Shown: piece after piece, positions 46,021 through 51,719 of the stretch
Layout: the number at the start of each line of letters is the position of its first letter
Numbering within the stretch: position 1 is the first letter of the stretch
Origin: a virus
Taxonomy: Duplodnaviria > Heunggongvirae > Uroviricota > Caudoviricetes
DNA: 51,719 bases
Reading direction: 5' to 3' (one strand)
IMG/VR virus record: IMGVR_UViG_3300013094_000021
Notes under the pieces: model-generated
Told to the model about the DNA's origin: nothing
What the model saw: only the letters and a program-made list of their open reading frames with translations
Database searches by the model: none
Made by a program: the position numbers and the translations under genes

Positions 46021-46251
46021 ATGAAAAACTCCGAACCATCCACCAGAGATAAGCTAAACGCTTTCAACTTGGGATATTATCATTCAAAAATAAAATCAAA
46101 AAACAATCCATACGATATTGATTTTGAAAATTGTCTTTACTTGAATTATGAATCAGGCTACAATGAACACTGTGAAAACAAAAAAGAAAACTGTAAAAAA
46201 ATGTCAAGTCTGCAAAGCTCCGAACGCCAAACTTCGCCGCCAGAGAACTAA
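46021..46251 (+). CDS. hypothetical protein with loose RMF-like pattern
   Basis: AF..GY........NPY............GY. Confidence 0.45.
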   Translation: MKNSEPSTRDKLNAFNLGYYHSKIKSKNNPYDIDFENCLYLNYESGYNEHCENKKENCKKMSSLQSSERQTSPPEN

Positions 46252-46360
46252 TTTTGAAAACGATAAACTCAATTTCGCCATTCTTTGCAAAGAGTGCCAA
46301 AACGAGGCAGACTTATACTGGTCTAGCTTGATATCTGATTTTTATAATGATGTTATTTGA
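46163..46360 (+). CDS. small CxxC...CxxC protein
   Basis: CQVC and CKEC; overlaps previous ORF. Confidence 0.5.
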   Translation: MNTVKTKKKTVKKCQVCKAPNAKLRRQRTNFENDKLNFAILCKECQNEADLYWSSLISDFYNDVI

Positions 46361-46368
46361 GTCCCTAT

Positions 46369-47055
46369 ATGCCTAAGCCCAAAAGAATTATATTAATCAG
46401 ACACGGGGAAAGCGAGGGTAACGTGGATAGAAAAACATATTCCACAAAACCAGATTATGCCGTAAGACTAACTGAAACCGGAAAAATTCAAGCCAAGGAT
46501 GCCGGAAAACTAATTAAATCATTAATAAAAGACCAAAGCTACGGATGTTATTATTCTCCATACTTTCGCGCCCGCGAAACAATGGATTTAGCCATAAAAG
46601 AAATAGATAATAATCTCGATTATAATAAAAACAGATTTTTTAAAAAAGAAGAGCCAAGAATAAGAGAGCAGGAATATAGCGGGAAATTAATCGGAAAACA
46701 GATGGGCGACAAATTTGAAAAAGAAAGGGCTGCTTACGGCAAATTCTTTTACCGCCTTGAAGGTGGAGAAAGCGGCTGCGATGTTTATGATAGAATATCT
46801 GATTTTATAGGAACTCTGCACAGAGATTTTGAAAAACCGTATTTTCCAGATAATTGCCTGATATTTGGTCATGGAATGGCAAATCGCCTTTTTGTTATGA
46901 AATTTTTTCACGTTCCAATAGAAGAATTTGAAACTTGGAAAAATCCCAACAATGGAGAAATATATATTTTACAACTACTACCAAGTAATAGATACGAACT
47001 TATAACCGAAATCCAAAAACATCCTAAACCCTATGGATGGATATATAAAAAATAA
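46369..47055 (+). CDS. histidine phosphatase (phosphoglycerate mutase family)
   Basis: LIRHGES, SPYFRARET, IREQE, GGES and FGHG. Confidence 0.92.
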   Translation: MPKPKRIILIRHGESEGNVDRKTYSTKPDYAVRLTETGKIQAKDAGKLIKSLIKDQSYGCYYSPYFRARETMDLAIKEIDNNLDYNKNRFFKKEEPRIREQEYSGKLIGKQMGDKFEKERAAYGKFFYRLEGGESGCDVYDRISDFIGTLHRDFEKPYFPDNCLIFGHGMANRLFVMKFFHVPIEEFETWKNPNNGEIYILQLLPSNRYELITEIQKHPKPYGWIYKK

Positions 47056-47060
47056 AAATT

Positions 47061-47273
47061 ATGATTTTCAAATACCATTTCAACAAACCCGCAAGCCTTA
47101 AGCTCAAAAGACCTCTTTTATCCTTGCATTATTCCGGCGCTTGTCATATCATAGATAAAATACATTGCAACGTGCCGACTTATTCTCATAATAATAAGAG
47201 ACAACCAAGGGTAGTTATAAAAGGAAAAGCCAATAAAATAACAATTCAAAAAGGCGTTGCCACCATAAATTAA
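47061..47273 (+). CDS. hypothetical protein
   Basis: ORF track; co-oriented. Confidence 0.6.
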   Translation: MIFKYHFNKPASLKLKRPLLSLHYSGACHIIDKIHCNVPTYSHNNKRQPRVVIKGKANKITIQKGVATIN

Positions 47274-47378
47274 AACATGACACCTCAACAATACAACCAT
47301 ATTTGCACTGGAATCTTTTTAATTGGATTAATAAATATAGTGAATTTTTTATTACTTTATTTTAAAAAATAAAAATAT

Positions 47379-47465
47379 GGCTACATGGCAGAGATGAAAT
47401 GCACTCCCGTGCTAAGGGAAGTGTGGGTAAAACCAGCGTTGAGTCGTTCTCAACTGTAGCCGCCA
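47379..47465 (+). tRNA. tRNA-Ser(GCT)
   Basis: GGCTACA/TGTAGCC acceptor, loop GT-GCT-AA, variable arm, G73. Confidence 0.82.
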
Positions 47466-47637
47466 ATTTATGAAATGCGAAATACATCCAAGATATAAAG
47501 TAATAAGAAAACCAAGAAGCAAAAAATCAAACTGTATATGTTCAAATATTTACAAAAATAAGAAATCCAATGTAAAAGATGAAATTTAGGAATACGCTAG
47601 ACACGATTTAAGATAATCAATACTTTTATAAAATAAT

Positions 47638-47826
47638 ATGAGAAACGCCGTAAGAATCAGAAGTAAAAAAATACCTGTATTTGGCAAAATAAATCAATTT
47701 AAGTCAAAATGCAGGTGCGGCAATTGGCAAAAATGGGGCACAACCGGACTAATATTAGACACAGTAGAATGCTCAAATTGTAAAAATACAATTGAAATAG
47801 ATTTTTTTGATAAAAATCCTGATTGA
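47638..47826 (+). CDS. small Cys-pair protein
   Basis: CRCG and CSNC. Confidence 0.5.
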   Translation: MRNAVRIRSKKIPVFGKINQFKSKCRCGNWQKWGTTGLILDTVECSNCKNTIEIDFFDKNPD

Positions 47827-47859
47827 CTTTTAGAACGGAATTCTTTAAAATAATTTTCT

Positions 47860-48060
47860 ATGAAAAACAGATTCACCTATCAAATCGTTGACTCCGAAAC
47901 CAAAGAAGTCATATCTTCGGTTGATTGCAATAAATATGCAGAAATAAAGGCCGACCTTTTATCTTCAAAAATAGCTTGCGAAAAACTCTTCTTCAATTAT
48001 GCAGTTCATATCTATGGCGCTCAAAAAGTAAATGAAATCGTTAATAAATTTATTGATTAA
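47860..48060 (+). CDS. hypothetical protein
   Basis: ORF track; upstream TTGACT box. Confidence 0.55.
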   Translation: MKNRFTYQIVDSETKEVISSVDCNKYAEIKADLLSSKIACEKLFFNYAVHIYGAQKVNEIVNKFID

Positions 48061-48066
48061 AATTTT

Positions 48067-48144
48067 GGTCTTGTGGCGCGAATTGAATCAGGCAGCAATT
48101 TCCTAAATTGTTTTATGCGGGTTTGAATCCCGCCAAGACCACCA
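48067..48144 (+). tRNA. tRNA-Arg(CCT)
   Basis: GCAAT-TTCCTAA-ATTGT. Confidence 0.85.
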
Positions 48145-48170
48145 TTTTCTAAGGCTAGGTTGTTGAACCG

Positions 48171-48202
48171 CCGCACGGAATTAATTTTCTGTGCGGTTTT
48201 TT
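48171..48202 (+). terminator. intrinsic terminator closing the tRNA region
   Basis: CCGCACGGAA...TTCTGTGCGG followed by a T-run. Confidence 0.8.
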
Positions 48203-48250
48203 GTTTTTATATGTAGTTGACTTTTAAAATTTATGGTTTATAATAATTTT

Positions 48251-48709
48251 ATGCCGAAAGCCATAAACATTTGCAAAGACGAGGCTAAAGAATTTAAGTA
48301 TTTACCAAATAATTCCGTTCTTATTTCAATTAATGAAATAGAGAGAGAACTTTATCCATTAGCTATAGATAGGAGCGATGCCAGAATTCTAACCGTAAGA
48401 TTTTCCGACGTTACCCATTGTAGGAAATCTATGGACGGCAAAATTGACTACAAGCCAATTAATGATGAAATAGCTTTAAAAATTTTAGATTTTATAAACA
48501 TCCATTCTGGTAAAGATGTTTTTATTCATTGTGCCGCCGGAGTGTCTAGAAGTGCGGCGGTAGCTCTTTATTTAAATTTGTTTCATGGATATGAGTTGAA
48601 ACCTAGATTTTGGCAAACCAGCAACCCCAATAAATACGTTATTGGACAATTAATATTTTCCAGACATTGCAGTAGATGGGAAAATAGAGACTTAACACAA
48701 AATAAATAA
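48251..48709 (+). CDS. Cys-based (PTP/dual-specificity-like) phosphatase
   Basis: FIHCAAGVSRSAAVA (CX5R). Confidence 0.88.
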   Translation: MPKAINICKDEAKEFKYLPNNSVLISINEIERELYPLAIDRSDARILTVRFSDVTHCRKSMDGKIDYKPINDEIALKILDFINIHSGKDVFIHCAAGVSRSAAVALYLNLFHGYELKPRFWQTSNPNKYVIGQLIFSRHCSRWENRDLTQNK

Positions 48710-48720
48710 ATACTTATCAA

Positions 48721-49251
48721 ATGTCAGATTTAATGTATAACGAAGTTCCGGTAATTGGCAAAAAATATAATTTTGGAGATTGGAAATTATATTCCATACA
48801 TGACGATAAACAAATAAAAGGCTTTTTCGGCGAAATGCGCTGGCTATCAAATTTTTGGGACTCTCCGTGCTATTATCAAGGAACGCTCTACCCGTCATCG
48901 GAAAATGCGTATCAGGCGGCAAAGGTTCATATTGATGATAGATTAGCTTTATTACATTGCTCGGCGGCAGATTCCAAAAAAGTATGGAAAACTCTTAGAA
49001 AAATTCCATATACAAAAGAACAATGGGATGATAAAAAATATGAGGTAATGGCTACCATACTTTTTAGTAAATTCTTAATAAATAAAGATTTAAGACGAAA
49101 ACTATTAGATACCGGCAATAAATACTTAGAAGAAAGCAATCATTGGCATGACAATGGGTGGGGGTTTTGCGTTTGTGAAAAATGTAAAAACAAAGAACAC
49201 AAAAATATGCTAGGTAAACTATTAATGAAAATTAGAGATTTCTGGAGGTAA
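48721..49251 (+). CDS. NADAR (YbiA-like) protein
   Basis: WLSNFW, SSENAYQAAK, W...K..VM, KF, LLDTG..YLEE, WG and NMLGKLLM. Confidence 0.92.
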   Translation: MSDLMYNEVPVIGKKYNFGDWKLYSIHDDKQIKGFFGEMRWLSNFWDSPCYYQGTLYPSSENAYQAAKVHIDDRLALLHCSAADSKKVWKTLRKIPYTKEQWDDKKYEVMATILFSKFLINKDLRRKLLDTGNKYLEESNHWHDNGWGFCVCEKCKNKEHKNMLGKLLMKIRDFWR

Positions 49252-49282
49252 TATAAATTTAGATAAAAAAACTTAAATTTTT

Positions 49283-49606
49283 GAAGAGATTATAACGCTG
49301 ATATAAGTGAAAGCCTTATATTAGAGGAAACTCGCCGCTGCACAGCAGATGATTGGGAGAGTTATGACCTGTATCCTTGAAAAACTCGTATTATTGGTAG
49401 AAATACCATAGATAAGCAGGTTTGGCCGATATAAAGGGGTATTAGAATAAGACCACTCGCGAACACCACAAATTAGCAGCAACCCTAAATCGTTAAAGGC
49501 TAGTGCTGGCCGATGTAAAAACTAGGTTGGGGCAGTCGTTATTAGCACACGACCATTGAAAAATGAGAAAAATGTTATATTAACACAGAACGGCGGTTAA
49601 CTCTTC
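49283..49606 (+). ncRNA. rnpB: RNase P RNA
   Basis: CR-I GAGGAAACTCGCCGC, CR-V ACAGAACGGCGGTTA, P4 TCGCCG/CGGCGG, P1 GAAGAG/CTCTTC, P5 GCTGC/GCAGC. Confidence 0.85.
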
Positions 49607-49650
49607 TTAAAATTTGTTGACTTTATCTTTAAAACCTTTATAATTTTAAT

Positions 49651-49869
49651 ATGTCAATTAAATCTAAAAAATGGTATGAGAATCAAATCTTAGCTCTAGA
49701 GAATGCCGCTAATAATACTGCATATTTAGCACTTCCGGTTACTGAATTTATGAATCCAAAAATTGCAGAAGAATCATTTAAAGCCAATGCTGGAGTAAGA
49801 AAAGTGAGTTCTGATATATACTCTAGACTAAATAAATTAAAAGCCGAATATAATCTTTATTATAGATGA
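49651..49869 (+). CDS. hypothetical protein
   Basis: ORF track; after TTGACT/TATAAT. Confidence 0.6.
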   Translation: MSIKSKKWYENQILALENAANNTAYLALPVTEFMNPKIAEESFKANAGVRKVSSDIYSRLNKLKAEYNLYYR

Positions 49870-50132
49870 AACTTGATAGACCTACAGAAATAAAAACTTA
49901 CAAATCTTTTTCCATAACAAGAATAGAAAAATTTATTCCTTTGTGGGTAAGAATAGATTATGCCAGATACACTTCCGAATTTGAAAAAATTAGATGCTTA
50001 ATGCCATATAAGGCCGACCATTGCTTTAAATGTAATTCAAAATTTAAATGTAATGAAATTATCTCTCTAGTTGGCTTGAAATATATAGGAAATAAAGTAT
50101 TTTGCAAAGGCTGTGCCAATGAAATATCCTAA
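49866..50132 (+). CDS. small CxxC...CxxC protein
   Basis: CFKC and CKGC. Confidence 0.55.
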   Translation: MKLDRPTEIKTYKSFSITRIEKFIPLWVRIDYARYTSEFEKIRCLMPYKADHCFKCNSKFKCNEIISLVGLKYIGNKVFCKGCANEIS

Positions 50133-50343
50133 ACACCTATACCGCCGCGATGATGGCGAGAGATTTTCATATATAGGAAGTGGCCTATATTGGATGGATA
50201 AAAGTATGATGCCAAAAGACTTTAAGGAATATCAATATCCTTATGAACTGTTAATGAGAAGTGGATTTAAAACTAAATTAAAAGATTGCGTTATAGAAAA
50301 ATATATAAGTAAAAATGATGGACATGGCGACGACGATGATTAA
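50113..50343 (+). CDS. hypothetical protein
   Basis: ORF track. Confidence 0.55.
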   Translation: MPMKYPKHLYRRDDGERFSYIGSGLYWMDKSMMPKDFKEYQYPYELLMRSGFKTKLKDCVIEKYISKNDGHGDDDD

Positions 50344-50345
50344 AC

Positions 50346-51185
50346 CTAATAACTCCATATAAATCCACCCGCCGTTTTTCTGTTTCCGTTACAAGCCTCG
50401 CTTATACATGAATAGCTTATATTTAATGAGTCGCCAGCTTCTTTATTGGAATACCATATTTTTATCAATTCATTATTAATAGGATTGATTTGTTTGACTT
50501 GTTTGTTTTTGGGGTTATTTTTTATTTCAATATATTTATTATATTTTCTGTAAAGTCCCATTTTATCATTTTCATAATCTTTATATATATAATTTAAAAA
50601 TGATATTAATTCTTTATATTTACCAAGCCTCAATGTAGAATGTTTGTGATTTAAATAATTAATACTTCTATATATTTTCGGATTAGCTTTAAAATTTTCT
50701 TCCAGAAATTTGATATGTCCGCTCCAATCTTGTTCGTATGTTGACGCAAAAGCTAGTCTATGACACCCCTTTCCCAATATAACTGTTAAACAGCCATCGG
50801 CGTCTAAATAACCTCGCCACCAATAATTTTTCAATTCATCGGGAATTATTGATAATATTTTTTCTATATTTATATTTGATTTTTTATCAAATCCCAACGA
50901 TATTAAATATTTTGCTAAAAACCTATCATTTAAATTATAGGTGACAGAATGTTTATAATTTCTCGTTTCGCTTACTCTATTTCTAATATATTTTTTCCAT
51001 TTTGCATTAGTCTCGAAAGATTGAAAAAAACTTTCTATCTCAACAAAATCTTCTAAAATCATCGAAAAGCTTATATATCTGGAATAAGTTTTACTCCTTA
51101 CTGTAGTAAGGCATCCGTCGCCCCATAATAAACCTAAAACATAAGCCTTTTCTTTACAATCAATTTTAAAGTTATCTTCATTCAT
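50346..51185 (-). CDS. free-standing double-motif LAGLIDADG homing endonuclease with NUMOD1-like C-terminal HTH
   Basis: AYVLGLLWGDG, WWRGYLDADG and ISEACNGNRKTAGGFIW. Confidence 0.88.
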   Translation of the reverse strand: MNEDNFKIDCKEKAYVLGLLWGDGCLTTVRSKTYSRYISFSMILEDFVEIESFFQSFETNAKWKKYIRNRVSETRNYKHSVTYNLNDRFLAKYLISLGFDKKSNINIEKILSIIPDELKNYWWRGYLDADGCLTVILGKGCHRLAFASTYEQDWSGHIKFLEENFKANPKIYRSINYLNHKHSTLRLGKYKELISFLNYIYKDYENDKMGLYRKYNKYIEIKNNPKNKQVKQINPINNELIKIWYSNKEAGDSLNISYSCISEACNGNRKTAGGFIWSY

Positions 51186-51226
51186 AATCTATTATATAGT
51201 TGTTTAGTATATATTACACTTTTATT

Positions 51227-51255
51227 TTGACTTTTTGGTATAAAAATGTTATAAT
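51227..51255 (+). promoter_or_regulatory. sigma70-type promoter
   Basis: TTGACT-N17-TATAAT. Confidence 0.75.
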
Positions 51256-51263
51256 TATCAGTA

Positions 51264-51719
51264 ATGAACATTAAAGATATAATAATTAAAGACTACCCAG
51301 TAATTATATTCTCAGATAGCCACTGTAATATCCAGAATATAAGTAGGCTGCAAGAATTATATCCACAAAAAACTTTAATATCGTTAGGAGACTTTTGTTT
51401 CCTTTTCGCTAAAGAAGGTGAACCTTATAATAACTTATCTATTCAATATTTTATAGATAATAATATTCCAGCCTTAGAGGGGAACCATGAATCCTTTTTA
51501 GTAGCTTCTGAAAATAAAGATAGGTTTGTTACTCAAAGAGTATTAGGTAAACCGCCAGAATTTAATCTATCTAAAGAGCATTTACAGTTTTTAGAGAATC
51601 TTCCTAGAGTATTTAAATTAATATTACCAAATGGTTATAATTATTATTGCTCGCATAATTTACCAAAAGACTTATGGAGTTTTCCAGACAAAATAACTCC
51701 AGAGTATTTTAGAAGTAAT
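51264..51719 (+). CDS. calcineurin-like metallophosphoesterase, partial at window edge
   Basis: My translation from ATG 51264: FSDSHCN, SLGDF, GNHE and CSH. Confidence 0.8.
   Translation, partial: MNIKDIIIKDYPVIIFSDSHCNIQNISRLQELYPQKTLISLGDFCFLFAKEGEPYNNLSIQYFIDNNIPALEGNHESFLVASENKDRFVTQRVLGKPPEFNLSKEHLQFLENLPRVFKLILPNGYNYYCSHNLPKDLWSFPDKITPEYFRSN

Noticed and set aside
3463-47876. Numerous 60-150 aa ORFs in the track on the strand opposite recognised genes (e.g. 3463+, 8498+, 14661-, 21802-, 28920-, 43285+, 46687-)
   Set aside because: Shadow ORFs fully overlapping motif-bearing genes, with no recognisable motifs of their own.
1-51719. Stop-codon reassignment
   Set aside because: Recognised genes are full length in code 11, and no CTA, TCA or TTA suppressor anticodon was found.
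1-51719. CRISPR array
   Set aside because: No regularly spaced direct repeats seen; the PD-(D/E)XK nuclease at 2900 has no cas context.

Overview
AT-rich, densely coded segment of what is very probably a large (jumbo/huge-type) tailed dsDNA phage of a diderm host. This is an inference: no capsid or tail genes are in the window. Bases 1-13.2 kb (minus strand) and 14-35 kb (mostly plus) carry replication and nucleotide genes: a three-piece DnaE-type polymerase, a class II RNR with a LAGLIDADG intein, sigma factor, dNMP kinase, primase, ThyX, dCMP deaminase, RecA-like recombinase, GMP reductase and DnaB. These are interleaved with about 9 glycosyltransferase-like genes, GDP-mannose dehydratase, two methyltransferases, an outer-membrane beta-barrel and a patatin. 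Bases 35-51.7 kb hold an array of 27 tRNAs plus one pseudo-tRNA covering all 20 amino acids, HSP20, a TnpB-only IS200/IS605 element, phosphatases, NADAR, an RNase P RNA and a free-standing LAGLIDADG endonuclease. A tmRNA lies at 26953-27374. The strongest oddities, all read by eye: (1) five tRNAs of normally class I identity (Ile-UAU, Asp, Met, Asn, Lys) carry class II-like long variable regions; (2) ten tRNAs replace the near-universal G19-C56 elbow pair with compensatory A19-U56 or C19-G56; (3) the tmRNA encodes a 37-residue tag; (4) an unassigned, highly structured ~530-nt ORF-free region sits between the divergent replication blocks. No database searches or folding programs were run.
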